This document shows positions 10,247 through 21,084 of a stretch of 64,000 nt of DNA, piece after piece. This DNA comes from Candidatus Aldehydirespirator catecholifindens (GTDB lineage Bacteria > Actinomycetota > Acidimicrobiia > Acidimicrobiales > Aldehydirespiratoraceae). Position numbers and translations under genes: made by a program. Below the pieces are notes generated by a model. It did no database searches. It saw only the letters and a program-made list of their open reading frames with translations, and was not told the DNA's origin. The stretch is taken from positions 15,302 to 79,301 of the forward strand of contig JAPYNU010000065.1 in NCBI GenBank assembly GCA_028283245.1. The letters run 5' to 3'. The first letter of the stretch is position 1. Each line of letters opens with the position of its first letter.

Positions 10247-11257
10247 TCAGCCGATCTCTTTGATGGTGACCGTGCGACCTTCACGCACCGAAGTCCAAGC
10301 AGCTAAGCCCATCACTAACGGAGCACGACCGTCGGTTAGGTCTACCGGCGAAGCTGCCCCGTTGACCATGGCAGCGAAAGCTTGCCACTGCGCCAAATAA
10401 GACGGGATGTAACGATCCAAAAAGAAATGTGGCAACGGCTGGCCGTGTGACCCTTCAGAGTCCCAGTAGCGAACCGTCGCCGACGGCGGATTATCGGAGC
10501 TGGCCATTCCCTTTGACCCGAAGGCTTCTATCCGTTGGTCGTAGCCGTAGACAGCGCGGCGACTGTTGTCAATGGTAGTTATCGCTCCGTTTGCGTGGGT
10601 CAACACCACCACAGCTGTGTCGAGATCACCGGCGGCACCTATAGCGGGATCAACTCGCACTCCCCCAGTGGCGTAAACCTCAACCACCTCGCTGCCGGTC
10701 ACGAACCGAGCCATATCAAAGTCGTGGATGGTCATATCGCAGAAGATCCCGCCCGACACCTCAATGTAAGCAATCGGAGGTGGAGCAGGGTCGCGGCTAG
10801 ATATCCGCACCAAATGAACACCCCCCACATCACCAGCAGCCACACGATCACGCACCTGGCGATGGGCTGCATCGAAGCGTCGGTTGAAGCCGACCTGCAC
10901 CGCGATACCAGCCGCGGTGGCAGCAGCAATACCTCTGTCCACTTCGCCCAGATCCAGCGACAGCGGCTTCTCAACAAAGACAGGCTTACCCACAGAAGCC
11001 ACCTCCACTAGCAGGTCAATGTGGGTGTCAGTGGAACTGCATATCGCCACAGCATCCACATCGTCAGCTGCGATGAGTTCAGCCGCGCTAGCGGTGCAGC
11101 AAACGCCGAGCGATTCCGAGACACTGGCTGCCGCATTATCGGATACGTCATAGACAACTGACAAGTCAAGACCAGCTACCCGCCTCGCAATCAGCTCGGC
11201 ATGCATGGTGCCGATGCGTCCGCAGCCGATCAGACCGACACGCACCGAGTCAGCCAT
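10247..11257 (-). CDS. iolG: inositol 2-dehydrogenase-like Gfo/Idh/MocA oxidoreductase
   Basis: VRVGLIGCGRIGTMHAELI N-terminal Rossmann fold and EKPL motif. Position between iolD and iolB. Confidence 0.7.
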   Translation of the reverse strand: MADSVRVGLIGCGRIGTMHAELIARRVAGLDLSVVYDVSDNAAASVSESLGVCCTASAAELIAADDVDAVAICSSTDTHIDLLVEVASVGKPVFVEKPLSLDLGEVDRGIAAATAAGIAVQVGFNRRFDAAHRQVRDRVAAGDVGGVHLVRISSRDPAPPPIAYIEVSGGIFCDMTIHDFDMARFVTGSEVVEVYATGGVRVDPAIGAAGDLDTAVVVLTHANGAITTIDNSRRAVYGYDQRIEAFGSKGMASSDNPPSATVRYWDSEGSHGQPLPHFFLDRYIPSYLAQWQAFAAMVNGAASPVDLTDGRAPLVMGLAAWTSVREGRTVTIKEIG

Positions 11258-11311
11258 AGCCAGCTCTCAGTCCTGACTGGCCACAAAGGGTGTCTAGGGG
11301 TTTGAACATGT

Positions 11312-13249
11312 TCACCAGCCCACCCGCTGGGCGACACGTCCTGCGTCCATGGCGGCACGCGCCTCACGAACCGAGGCGCATGCACTCACTTCGGGCACAC
11401 CCACCTCCCAGAACGCTCCCCCTTCTGTCCAACTATGAGGATGCGTGGCGACAGCAATCACATAACTGCGGTCGCTCAAACGAGCTCTCTCAATTGCTGC
11501 TTCGAGTTCGGCGATGGTATGCACCGTCTCAGTCTGACAACCCATTGAAGCTGCATGAGCTGCGAAATCGACCGGCACAAGACGGCTGATGCGACAATCT
11601 GCGAGCAGATTGTTGAACGAAGCGCCTCCCTGATTGACCTGAAGACGGTCGATAACCGCGTAGCCGCCGTTGTCGCAAACAACCACGATGAGCTTGTGCC
11701 CGGTCAGCACGGTGCTGTAAAGGTCGCTGTTCATCATCAAATATGAGCCGTCACCCACCAGAACTATCACTTCACGCTCGCCTAAAGCCATCTTGGCACC
11801 CCATGCACCCGAAATCTCATAACCCATACAGGAATAGCCGTATTCGCAGTCGAAAGAATGCACACTGGCAGCTCGCCAACCGTTAATTGCTTCACCTGGT
11901 AACCCGCCAGCGGCAGTCACCACATAAGTCGAGTCCTGCGCAGTTCGATCTACCGCACCCACCACCTGCGCATAGGTGGGCTTAGCCGAATTCGGATCCG
12001 ATCCAGAGTCATCGCCAGACGCTGAAGAAACCGCTGAGACCGGCGCGGCGATCTTGTCAATGTAGGCGTGATATTGAGCGGTCTCTGCTGCGGCTTGCTG
12101 CGACCAATCCTGCGGTGCTTGATAGTCGTTTAGGGTGTCGCTCAACTCGATCAAACCCTCACGAGCATCGGCCACTAACGGCAAGCAAAGATGTTTAGTG
12201 GCATCAAAACGGGCCGCGTTCAATCCGATGATCTGCGCTGTTTCGTCACCGAAAACCGTCCATGATCCAGTAGTGAAATCCTGCAGCCGGGTTCCCACAG
12301 CCAATATCAAATCGGCTTCGGCGGCCATGGCATTAGCCGAAGTGCATCCGGTCACGCCGATGGGGCCGCAGTTGAGGCGATGATCCGCCCGCAGTGACGT
12401 GCGTCCCGCGGTGGTTTCCACTACCGGAATATTGTGAAGCAGCGCGAATTCGGCCAACTGTCTTTCAGCCAACGACCAGCGCACCCCTCCTCCTGCGATG
12501 ATCAGAGGCCGCCTAGCTCTGCTTAGAGCTGCGGCTGCACGATGCAGTTCACCACGGTCGGGTCTCGCACGACGCACACGGTGAACTGCCTCATCGAAGA
12601 AGCGGGCAGGAAAATCGTAAGCCTGCGCTTGCACATCTTGGGGCAGCGCAATAAACGCGGGGCCGCAGTCACCCGGGTCAAGCATCGTATTAACGGCGTG
12701 TGGGAGCGACTGCACGACTTGCTCGGGAGAAGTGATGCGATCCCAGTAGCGCACCACCGCACGGAAGGCATCGTTGACGGTGGTGGAAGGTGACCCAAAA
12801 TGCTCCACCTGCTGCAGCACGGGATCCACGATCCGATGATTGAAAGTATCACCAGCCACAAGCAGCAGCGGCAGGCGGTTGGCTAGCGCCACCGCAGCAG
12901 CGGTCACCATGTTGGTAGCACCGGGCCCGATGGAGCTGGTCGCCACCATTATCTGGCGACGCTTAGATGCCCGAGCGAAACCACAAGCAGCTAAGGCCAT
13001 GCCCTGCTCGTTTTGTCCTCGCCAGGTCGGCAGCACATCGGCTACCTGTTCGAGTTCGTGTCCCAGACAAGTCACGTTGCCGTGACCAAAAATGGCGAAC
13101 ACTCCCGCGAACAGCGCTGCTGTGTCAGCGTCGTGATGCCTGGAGCCTTCGCTAGCAGAGATGCCCGGGTGACCATCTTCGATCTCGATGCGCTGAGCCG
13201 CTAGATACCGAACGATTGCTCCCGAGGTTGTCAACCTGACAGTGTTCAT
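11312..13249 (-). CDS. iolD: 3D-(3,5/4)-trihydroxycyclohexane-1,2-dione acylhydrolase (TPP-dependent)
   Basis: 645 aa thiamine-diphosphate enzyme with a GDGSYLMMNSDL TPP-binding motif. The N-terminus MNTVRLTTSGAIVRYL is typical of IolD. Confidence 0.9.
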   Translation of the reverse strand: MNTVRLTTSGAIVRYLAAQRIEIEDGHPGISASEGSRHHDADTAALFAGVFAIFGHGNVTCLGHELEQVADVLPTWRGQNEQGMALAACGFARASKRRQIMVATSSIGPGATNMVTAAAVALANRLPLLLVAGDTFNHRIVDPVLQQVEHFGSPSTTVNDAFRAVVRYWDRITSPEQVVQSLPHAVNTMLDPGDCGPAFIALPQDVQAQAYDFPARFFDEAVHRVRRARPDRGELHRAAAALSRARRPLIIAGGGVRWSLAERQLAEFALLHNIPVVETTAGRTSLRADHRLNCGPIGVTGCTSANAMAAEADLILAVGTRLQDFTTGSWTVFGDETAQIIGLNAARFDATKHLCLPLVADAREGLIELSDTLNDYQAPQDWSQQAAAETAQYHAYIDKIAAPVSAVSSASGDDSGSDPNSAKPTYAQVVGAVDRTAQDSTYVVTAAGGLPGEAINGWRAASVHSFDCEYGYSCMGYEISGAWGAKMALGEREVIVLVGDGSYLMMNSDLYSTVLTGHKLIVVVCDNGGYAVIDRLQVNQGGASFNNLLADCRISRLVPVDFAAHAASMGCQTETVHTIAELEAAIERARLSDRSYVIAVATHPHSWTEGGAFWEVGVPEVSACASVREARAAMDAGRVAQRVGW

Positions 13250-13340
13250 AACGAAATCCTCATACTTGTACTTTCCATGCTGTCCATCTGTTCAGTTCGA
13301 TAAGTTCGTTCGATAAGTTCACTGAGTTTGTTGAGTCTTT

Positions 13341-14519
13341 TCAGTCGATCCGCACCGAAACCACGTCGGTCCAGGTGCCAGTCGACCAGCTGTGCAGCAG
13401 AGCTGCCTGCACGCTCACATAGGCCAGAGCCTGCTCTAGACCTGCTGAGTGCGGCCGTTCCTCGGCCACAGCCGTCAAGAACTCATGGTCTTGGATGGTC
13501 ACTACATCCTCAAAACCGATGGCGTTAGCTTCACCAGGCACAAACGCGGCGTGGTAAGGGTGACGCTCCCCGGCGTAGACAGTGGTGTAACCACAGTCGC
13601 TTTCGGTGTTACGGAACAACTTCATCTCGTTCATGACTTCAAAATCCCAGCTCAAAGCGCCTTCGGTGCCGTGAATGTCGAAAGCCATCTGGCTTTGGGG
13701 TCCGACCATGGTGCGTCCGCATTCGAAAGTCCCGCGGCTGCCGTTAGCGAACACAGCCATGGCACCGAAGTAATCCTCGTTGGTGACTACTCCCATAGGG
13801 TCATCTGGTGAACCCCGGTCGTAGTGGGTTCCTGACGCTGATGGAAGTGGTCTCTGCTTGATGAAGGTTTCGCCTGAGCCGACCACTCTTAGGATCGGGC
13901 CGTTGATCATCATCGCCAAGTCAATGGCGTGGCTAAGAATGTCGGAGGACACGCCGTGTCCGGCTTGCTCCAACAAGAATCTCCAGCTCAGCAGACCAAG
14001 CGGATCAGCACCATACATTGAAAAGAAACGGCCCCGGTAGTTGGTGATCTCACCCAGTTCGCCGGATTCAACCAGTTTGAGAGCGTGCTGCACCAGCGGG
14101 ACGAAACGGTAGTTGTAGCCCACCCCAGTGATAACCCCGGCATCCCGGCAAGCTTTCTCAGCTCGTGCTGTTTGTTCGGGAGTGCCCCCGACCGGTTTCT
14201 CACAAAACACATGCTTGCCAGCAGCGGCGGCGGCTTCGACCATCTCGCAATGCATCATGTTGGGGGCACAAACAGCCACCACATCCACATTGCGGTGCTC
14301 AACTGCGGCACGCCAGTCGTCGGTGACCTCAGCAAAACCAAAACAATCAACCGCAGCAGCGCGGCGCTCAGCTAGAGGGTCAGCGCAAACTGTCAACTCG
14401 ACCCGATATTTGAGATCATCGAAAATCATGGGCAAGCGGGCGTAAGAGCGGGCGTGGGCTTGTCCCATCCAGCCGAAACCTATGACGGCGACTCCTAGAC
14501 GACGACTCTTTGTCATCAC
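13341..14519 (-). CDS. Gfo/Idh/MocA family oxidoreductase (second inositol/inosose dehydrogenase candidate)
   Basis: LGVAVIGFGWMGQAH Rossmann start and CEKPV motif. 392 aa. It overlaps iolC by 4 nt. Confidence 0.7.
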   Translation of the reverse strand: MMTKSRRLGVAVIGFGWMGQAHARSYARLPMIFDDLKYRVELTVCADPLAERRAAAVDCFGFAEVTDDWRAAVEHRNVDVVAVCAPNMMHCEMVEAAAAAGKHVFCEKPVGGTPEQTARAEKACRDAGVITGVGYNYRFVPLVQHALKLVESGELGEITNYRGRFFSMYGADPLGLLSWRFLLEQAGHGVSSDILSHAIDLAMMINGPILRVVGSGETFIKQRPLPSASGTHYDRGSPDDPMGVVTNEDYFGAMAVFANGSRGTFECGRTMVGPQSQMAFDIHGTEGALSWDFEVMNEMKLFRNTESDCGYTTVYAGERHPYHAAFVPGEANAIGFEDVVTIQDHEFLTAVAEERPHSAGLEQALAYVSVQAALLHSWSTGTWTDVVSVRID

Positions 14520-15487
14520 AGCCGCCTCGCAGCGACTTCAATCTGAGCAGAGCCAGCAAGTAGAGCATCAATCTCAGCAGTGGTCGGCATGGCATCTGAG
14601 CACATCAGCCTGCTGGCCACTATCGCACCTGCGGCGTTGGCTCTAGTGACATTGTCGAGCGGATCGAGTCCAGCCAGCAGGCCATCTACCAGAGCACCAC
14701 CGAAGGCATCGCCTGCGCCGAGACCGCAAATCACCTCAACCGGCAGCGATGCCACCGTGCCGCGTTCATCGGTAGTGGCCGCCAATACTCCGTCTGACCC
14801 CATCTTTACCACCGCCAGCGACACACCCCGCTCCAGCAGACGGTCGGCTGCGATGTCAGGATCGGAAGTGCCCACCGCGATTTCGCATTCGCTCCTATTG
14901 CCGACAGCCACTGTGGCGTGATCAACGGCGGCACCGATGTGCTCAGCCGCTTCCTGTGGCGATGACCAGAAGCTGGGACGGTAATCCAAGTCAAGCACTG
15001 TGTGATGAGCGCGGCCGCGGCGCTGCAAGGCTGTGAGCACCGCTGAACGTGAAGTTTCCTGAGCGAAGCGCGAACCTGCCACCCACAGCACCGCAACGCT
15101 GTAAGCCAGTTCTGGTATGTCATCAAGGGTGAGGTTCATGTCAGGGCCTTGAGGCGACCGATAAAACAGCAGCGGCGGATCGCTCGGAGGATCAAGAGCA
15201 CAGAAAGCCAGAGCTGTGCGAAGCTGCGGATCGGTTGACACATAGTCGGTACACACCCCGAACCGCTCAGCGAGCACAGTGCGAATGTATGTACCGAAGC
15301 TGTCGTCACCGACTCTGGTGACCACTGCACAGCGTCGGCCTAGACGTGCCGCGGCCACAGCCACGTTGGTAGGCGAACCGCCGATCGACTTGACGAACGA
15401 CGACACTTCACTTAGAGGTACGCCGCTTTGCTGGGGGTATAAGTCAACGCTGACTCGTCCAACGGTCAACAACTCAATATCAGGCAC
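14516..15487 (-). CDS. iolC: 5-dehydro-2-deoxygluconokinase (PfkB family)
   Basis: PfkB signatures GGSPTNVAVAAARLG and GAGDAFGGAL, in iol context. Confidence 0.8.
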   Translation of the reverse strand: MPDIELLTVGRVSVDLYPQQSGVPLSEVSSFVKSIGGSPTNVAVAAARLGRRCAVVTRVGDDSFGTYIRTVLAERFGVCTDYVSTDPQLRTALAFCALDPPSDPPLLFYRSPQGPDMNLTLDDIPELAYSVAVLWVAGSRFAQETSRSAVLTALQRRGRAHHTVLDLDYRPSFWSSPQEAAEHIGAAVDHATVAVGNRSECEIAVGTSDPDIAADRLLERGVSLAVVKMGSDGVLAATTDERGTVASLPVEVICGLGAGDAFGGALVDGLLAGLDPLDNVTRANAAGAIVASRLMCSDAMPTTAEIDALLAGSAQIEVAARRL

Positions 15488-15573
15488 AGAGTTCGCTTGA
15501 TAGGTCTAAGCAATGAAGCGTGATCTTGCTTTGGATAACAAACTTGTGCGAACAGGATCCGGTTGCGCTGGAG

Positions 15574-16359
15574 TTAGTTGGCACTGGTTTGGGATAGTTC
15601 ATGCTGGAGTTGTTCCAACTCGGCACCCCCAGCCATTAGCTGGGTTAGCTCTGACTGAGACAGTTCGTCTTTAGCCCAGTTACCCAACGAACGACCCCGC
15701 TGCAGGATCACGAAGCGGTCACCTACGGGATAAGCATGATTCGGGTTGTGTGTGATGAAGATCACTGCTAGGCCTTGGTCACGAGCCTCAACTATGCGGC
15801 GCAGCACCACACCGGACTGTTTGACACCCAGCGCTGAGGTGGGCTCATCAAGGATCAGCACTCTGGCACCAAAGTAGCTGGCACGAGCAATCGCAACTGA
15901 CTGGCGTTCGCCACCTGAAAGCGTACCAACGCTTTGCTCTGTGTCGCGGATGTCGATGCCCATCTTGGCCATCTCAGCTTTGGCGATCATCTTGGACTTG
16001 TCGATGTCGATCTGACGGAACGGCCACACACCCTTTTTGGGCTCTTGGCCTAGGAAGAAATTTCGCCAAACCGACATCAGCGGAACCATGGCCAGATCCT
16101 GATATACGGTGGCAATACCGGCAGTTAGAGCCTCACGCGGCGAGGCGAAACGCACTTTGTTGCCTTCCAATACAAGCTCACCTTCATCGTGTTGATGCAC
16201 TCCAGCGAGGATCTTGATGAAAGTCGACTTGCCTGCTCCGTTGTCGCCGAGCACACAAGTCACTTCGCCTGGGTTCACTGTTGTGGTAACTCCAGTGAGC
16301 GCAATGATGTTGCCATAGAACTTCGACAGGTTCTTGAGTTCGAGAAAATCGCTGCTCAT
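15574..16359 (-). CDS. sugar ABC transporter ATP-binding protein (single NBD)
   Basis: Walker [10 protein letters not shown], signature LSGGERQ, Walker B LILDEPT. Confidence 0.85.
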   Translation of the reverse strand: MSSDFLELKNLSKFYGNIIALTGVTTTVNPGEVTCVLGDNGAGKSTFIKILAGVHQHDEGELVLEGNKVRFASPREALTAGIATVYQDLAMVPLMSVWRNFFLGQEPKKGVWPFRQIDIDKSKMIAKAEMAKMGIDIRDTEQSVGTLSGGERQSVAIARASYFGARVLILDEPTSALGVKQSGVVLRRIVEARDQGLAVIFITHNPNHAYPVGDRFVILQRGRSLGNWAKDELSQSELTQLMAGGAELEQLQHELSQTSAN

Positions 16360-16364
16360 CAGTT

Positions 16365-18734
16365 TTAGCCTTCCTCTTTAGAACGCGTCAGACCTTTGGG
16401 AACGATGATGGTTATTCCAGAGCGGTCTGGTACGGTTGCGCCAGACTTTACGGGTGCTTTCTCGGCGCGGCTGCGCACATAGTTGTTGACAAGCACAGCC
16501 ACCAGCAGCAAAGCACCCAACACCAAGAACCTCCAGTCGCTGTTCCATTGAGCGAAACCGATGCCCTGAGAGATCATTCCCCATATCACCGCGCCGACCG
16601 CAGCGCCCAGAGCCGATCCGTAGCCGCCGGTCAAAAGGCAGCCACCAACTACAGCCACGATGATGTAGCGGAACTCGTTGCCGTCGCCGACATCAGCCTG
16701 CACCGCAGTAAGTCTGAAAGCGATCAGCATCCCGGTGATCCAAGCTGCGCCTGACACCAGCATGAACAGGGTTGTTTTGGTGCGGGCTGCTGGAACACCA
16801 ACACTTCGGGCTGCTTCCTTGTTGCCGCCGACAGCCATGATCCAGCTGCCGAACTGAGTGCGGGTCAATACCCATGAGCCGACCGCTGCAAAAACCACGA
16901 ACGACAGCACTACCACACCGAACTGTGTCTGGGGGCAGCGCAGTTCCCCGTCGCTGCCTACAGTGCAGATCTTTTCGAGTTCGGCACCGGTCACGAACAG
17001 CATCCGTGTGACGACAGCGAGCATCACCGTGCCTATGCCGACGGTCACAAGAGCCCGCCCTACACCCTCGTCGCGAGTGAACAAAGTGAAGACTGCGGTT
17101 ACAAGGGTGTAGGCAATGAAAGCTGTGATACCGCCTTTGGTCACGCCGGTGATTAGCGCGTAAAGCACCGCATCTCCATCAGCAACCTCAACCGCGAAAA
17201 AGATCACCGTCGCGGCGACTCCTAGCACCGCGCAAATCTGAGTCCAGCGGCCAAAGGCAGGTGGTGGCGGTGCCGAGGTTCGGGACGCGCTCAGGTAGCG
17301 TGCCACAGCTGCCGCACCCAGCACTAACGCCACCAGCAACAACAGTGTGAACAACTCCACCCGGATCTTGCGCGAACCAGCTTCGCTTTGAATAAAGAAA
17401 GCGAGCAGTGCGATCACAACGCTGATCGCGCCAGTGACCCATACAGAGGGGCGCACTCTTGAGGCTGCGCTCCACAACAGAGTTATCCCTATTAAGGCGA
17501 GGCCGCCAAAGAGTATGGCTCTAGCGGCCTGCACTGTCACCAAGAAACTAATTGAGGGAACTGCTACCAGCACCGCTCCGATAGCTGGGTAGCCGGGCGA
17601 GACCCTTCCTAGTGCTGCCAGCACGGCTAGCACTCCTACCAGCGCAATTCCCAGCGCGAACAAGGCTCTGCCGAAGTCGCCGCCGAAGAAACCGAGTTGT
17701 GAGGAGTCCTCTGCGTTCATCACAACTGCCAGAACGACGGCTGCGCCTACTGCGGCCAATCCGGCCAGAAGATATTTGATCCATCCCGGTGAAACGCCGC
17801 TGTCAGAGTGGTCAGGACGCTCATAACGAGCCCGGCACCAGCCAGCCACAGCTGCTATCATTCCGGCCGCTGTCAATGTGCCATACACGATGTTTGAGTT
17901 GCGGCCGTCAAGTTCCAGCAGAGCACCGAAACCGACTAGTGCCGCCGCAGCACCTGCCAACGCGATGACCACACCTGACACATTTAGCTTCGAACGTCGC
18001 GCATAGGTGAGTTCGAACAGTCCAAGCAACAACGCCAGGCTGCCACAGATCAACAAACCCGCCCAGATCTCGTCGCGCAACAGCCAGAAGCCGGACCAGC
18101 GGCGCTCATCCCAGAGGTGCCCGTTACGGAGCCATTCCGCGCCGAAGATGCCGTTCCAGAAGTCGTAGCCTTCAGCTTCGTCAAGGCCCTCCACCAATAC
18201 TTTGTTGGTAAAAAGCTTCGAGAAACCCAGCTTCGCGCCGATCAGCATGAAGAAAGTGCCAAGGGTGACAATGAAACTTGGCAGCGAGGTCTTCTCCACC
18301 AGAGTGCCGTTGAACCAGCCGATAGCTAGCGCGAACGCCAGCGACAGCGGAACCGCCAGATGAAGGCCCAGGCCCGCTCCGTTAACATCAATAGCCAACA
18401 AGATGGCAATGATGGCGGTGGCACCAGTCATAGCACCTGCGGAGAGGTCGAACTCACCACCGATCATTAATAGAGCAACCGGAACGGCCATCAAGCCGAG
18501 ATAGGCAGCAACATCTAGAAAGTTAGCAGTGCCGCCAACCGTGCCGAAAGGCGCTGACACCAGCCAAAAAAGCATCCAGACACCCACGGCACCTAACAAA
18601 GCGCCAATCTCGGGGCGGGTCAAGAGCTGCTGGATAGGTCCTCTGAGAGCGAGGCGCTCATCTAGCGGTTCGTCGGCAACAGCACTGTCGCCTGCGGCTA
18701 CCTGCTCTGCGCTAATCACATTGGACTCGTTCAT
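16365..18734 (-). CDS. RbsC/AraH-type sugar ABC permease with a very large internal hydrophobic insertion
   Basis: The N-terminal part carries [17 protein letters not shown]. The last ~160 aa carry [18 protein letters not shown] and [13 protein letters not shown], both hallmark segments of BPD_transp_2 permeases. Several hundred residues of extra predicted TM helices separate the two parts. Confidence 0.75.
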   Translation of the reverse strand: MNESNVISAEQVAAGDSAVADEPLDERLALRGPIQQLLTRPEIGALLGAVGVWMLFWLVSAPFGTVGGTANFLDVAAYLGLMAVPVALLMIGGEFDLSAGAMTGATAIIAILLAIDVNGAGLGLHLAVPLSLAFALAIGWFNGTLVEKTSLPSFIVTLGTFFMLIGAKLGFSKLFTNKVLVEGLDEAEGYDFWNGIFGAEWLRNGHLWDERRWSGFWLLRDEIWAGLLICGSLALLLGLFELTYARRSKLNVSGVVIALAGAAAALVGFGALLELDGRNSNIVYGTLTAAGMIAAVAGWCRARYERPDHSDSGVSPGWIKYLLAGLAAVGAAVVLAVVMNAEDSSQLGFFGGDFGRALFALGIALVGVLAVLAALGRVSPGYPAIGAVLVAVPSISFLVTVQAARAILFGGLALIGITLLWSAASRVRPSVWVTGAISVVIALLAFFIQSEAGSRKIRVELFTLLLLVALVLGAAAVARYLSASRTSAPPPPAFGRWTQICAVLGVAATVIFFAVEVADGDAVLYALITGVTKGGITAFIAYTLVTAVFTLFTRDEGVGRALVTVGIGTVMLAVVTRMLFVTGAELEKICTVGSDGELRCPQTQFGVVVLSFVVFAAVGSWVLTRTQFGSWIMAVGGNKEAARSVGVPAARTKTTLFMLVSGAAWITGMLIAFRLTAVQADVGDGNEFRYIIVAVVGGCLLTGGYGSALGAAVGAVIWGMISQGIGFAQWNSDWRFLVLGALLLVAVLVNNYVRSRAEKAPVKSGATVPDRSGITIIVPKGLTRSKEEG

Positions 18735-18846
18735 GGGGTCTCCCCATTGTTTAGCTTCGTCTCTTCAACCGCTACCAAGAAGCGTGAAACGGCTGTGGTG
18801 ACGCTGCGGGGTGACGACTTTTCGAAACCCCTGAATGACGTAAGTT

Positions 18847-18884
18847 AGTTGAGGGCGGCCAGATATTCCCAGCCGCCCTCAACT
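18847..18884 (-). terminator. perfect 13-bp stem-loop between the SBP and permease genes (attenuator or mRNA-stabilising hairpin; no U tract)
   Basis: AGTTGAGGGCGGC (18847-18859) and GCCGCCCTCAACT (18872-18884) are exact reverse complements separated by a 12-nt loop. The structure lies 14 nt beyond the SBP stop codon. Confidence 0.4.
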
Positions 18885-18898
18885 ACTTAAGGAGAGAC

Positions 18899-19960
18899 CT
18901 AGCGGGTTCCCTGCGAAACCAGAGCCTTCACGACCGAAGCGTTGCCGGTGTCCACGAAGCCAGGGCCTGTGAGGATCGGCAGACCGCCGCCTGCGGTGTT
19001 CTGGTTGGTGGCTTGCAGATACATCAAGATGACAGGCAGATAGCCCTGCAAGTACTGCTGCTGGTCGACGGTGAAGGCAACGTCACCTGCCTCAATGGCA
19101 TCAATCAGGTCACCGGACAGGTCAAAGCCGCCAATCGCGAGTTCGCGACCCGCCTGCTCACCGGCGGCGAGTGCCCGCAACGGTAGGTTCGGGCCTACGC
19201 CGAGCACACCATCAATGGAGGGATCAGCCTGCAGAAGCGCGGCGATGCTGTTCTGCTGCTCGTCGGGGTTGGCATCAAGTCCCACGAACTCTGATGTCAC
19301 GGTGCCACTGAAGGTCTCAGCGAGACCCTGGCAGCGCTCTTCGAGAGCTACGTTGGACTGCTCCTGGCGGGCGCACAGAATATGGGAGGCACCCAGCGCG
19401 TTGAAGCGCTCGCCTGCACCGTTGCCAGCCACTATCTCGGTCTGACCAACGTGGCTGACAGCGCCGAGGTCTTTGTAGTTGTTGACACCTGAGTTCAGTG
19501 TGTAAAGCGGAATGCCTGCTTCCACGACAGCAGATGCCGCGGCGCTTACGCCAGCCGGGTCAGCCAGCGAAATGGCGATGCCCGAGGATCCCGAAGCAAT
19601 AGCGGCCTCAATCTCTTGGGACTGTGCCAGTGCATCATTGTTGGAGCCGTAGTAGACCACGTCACAGCCAATGGCAGCAGCAGCGTCACGGACAGCCACT
19701 TCAACCACTGACCAGAAAACGCCAGAGTCTCCGTGAGTGATCACATGGAACGTGTGGTCGCAGCCCTGGGTCTCGACGACATCATCGGTGGCTGGCGCTG
19801 CGGTAGTGACCGGAGCTTCATCCTCATCGTCAGGCACCGCGGCCGGTGCTTCGGTGGTAGCAGGCGCTGTAGCGTCACCGTCGTCATCGTCGTCGCCGCA
19901 GGCTGCGGCGATCAGCGAGATGGCGAGCATCGTCGCTAGCAGCTTCCATAGTCTTGACAT
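18899..19960 (-). CDS. sugar ABC transporter substrate-binding lipoprotein
   Basis: Lipobox LIAAAC, followed by an acidic linker. The body resembles a periplasmic-binding-protein type I (ribose/inositol-type) fold, and the gene is adjacent to the permease and ATPase. Confidence 0.8.
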   Translation of the reverse strand: MSRLWKLLATMLAISLIAAACGDDDDDGDATAPATTEAPAAVPDDEDEAPVTTAAPATDDVVETQGCDHTFHVITHGDSGVFWSVVEVAVRDAAAAIGCDVVYYGSNNDALAQSQEIEAAIASGSSGIAISLADPAGVSAAASAVVEAGIPLYTLNSGVNNYKDLGAVSHVGQTEIVAGNGAGERFNALGASHILCARQEQSNVALEERCQGLAETFSGTVTSEFVGLDANPDEQQNSIAALLQADPSIDGVLGVGPNLPLRALAAGEQAGRELAIGGFDLSGDLIDAIEAGDVAFTVDQQQYLQGYLPVILMYLQATNQNTAGGGLPILTGPGFVDTGNASVVKALVSQGTR

Positions 19961-19966
19961 TGTTGT

Positions 19967-20926
19967 TCATCCCTCCGGGAATTGATGGTTGTTGGTAATT
20001 GTTCCGCTGCCTGCATAAGCGGGTAGCAGACCTCGCAGGAATTCAAGGCTCTGATCGGCATTTTGCCTGACCCGCGCCACTGCTGAGAGATCGCTCTCAG
20101 CGATGGCTGCATCCTGCTCCAAGACGTACCAGAGGTCGCGTCCTGACTCTTCGAGACGGGTAACTATCTCAACGATGGGTACCCCTCCTCGACCTAATGA
20201 TGGGAACAGGCCGCGCTGCACGGCCTGCATCAGCGAAAGCTCCCTGGCTCGCAGTGGCTCTGCGAGGGCGGTATCTAGATCTTTGAGATGCACTAAGCCC
20301 ACACGGTGCCCATGACTGTCAATCAACTTCAACAAGTCGGTTCCGCCTAGTGCTAGATGGGCTGTGTCCAGCACGAAAGACACATCTGTGCCTTCAAGAA
20401 TCCGAACGAACTCGGTGTCGGTTTCGACCGTCGAGTCGAAGTGCGAATGGTAGACCTGCTCAAGGCCATAGGAGGCGACTAGAGCATCGATTTTGGTGAG
20501 CGACTCACAAAGAAATGCCCACTGTGCATCGTTGAGAGGTGTCTGTCGCCAGCATTCGAGGTGGCTCACCGCGCAGGTAGCGAAGAACTTCCCGCCAGCG
20601 CCTGCGATCAGTTCAGCCCAACGATGCGCCTCTGCAAGAGATTGTACGGCACTTTTAGCCTCATGCAGCACCAGCGGCACGAAACCGCCTAGGAGGTTCA
20701 AGCCGTGGTCGCCGAGCTTGTTTCGCAACTCGAAGGGTTCGGTGGGCAGAAAACCCCAGGCACCTAACTCAGTGAAAGTGAACCCCGCAGCGGACATCTC
20801 AGCCAGCACCCGCTCCACTGGAAGTTGACAGCCCCAGCCCGGCACCTCGCATACACCCCAACTAATAGGTGCGGTAGCGATCCTCTCCAGCAACGCTGTT
20901 TCGGTAGCGCTAATCATGACTTGCAA
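19967..20926 (-). CDS. iolE: inosose dehydratase-like sugar phosphate isomerase/epimerase (xylose-isomerase-like TIM barrel)
   Basis: APISWG, HSHFDSTVET, DTAHL, LVHLKD and WYVLEQD line up with segments I recall from B. subtilis IolE. The start is uncertain: TTG at 20926 or ATG at 20917. Confidence 0.65.
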   Translation of the reverse strand: MQVMISATETALLERIATAPISWGVCEVPGWGCQLPVERVLAEMSAAGFTFTELGAWGFLPTEPFELRNKLGDHGLNLLGGFVPLVLHEAKSAVQSLAEAHRWAELIAGAGGKFFATCAVSHLECWRQTPLNDAQWAFLCESLTKIDALVASYGLEQVYHSHFDSTVETDTEFVRILEGTDVSFVLDTAHLALGGTDLLKLIDSHGHRVGLVHLKDLDTALAEPLRARELSLMQAVQRGLFPSLGRGGVPIVEIVTRLEESGRDLWYVLEQDAAIAESDLSAVARVRQNADQSLEFLRGLLPAYAGSGTITNNHQFPEG

Positions 20927-21084
20927 CCAGCCATGCAGCGTGATTCATCGCTTGGTCGCCTCTAGCAGCCATGTTGCCCGTTGTGCTTCTCGCATGTCCT
21001 CCGTTGAACCTTCCGTCTGAGCCTTCCCGTCAAACTTTGCCGTGATTGATTGCGTGATCAGTTGACTGATAGATGCCCATTGTG

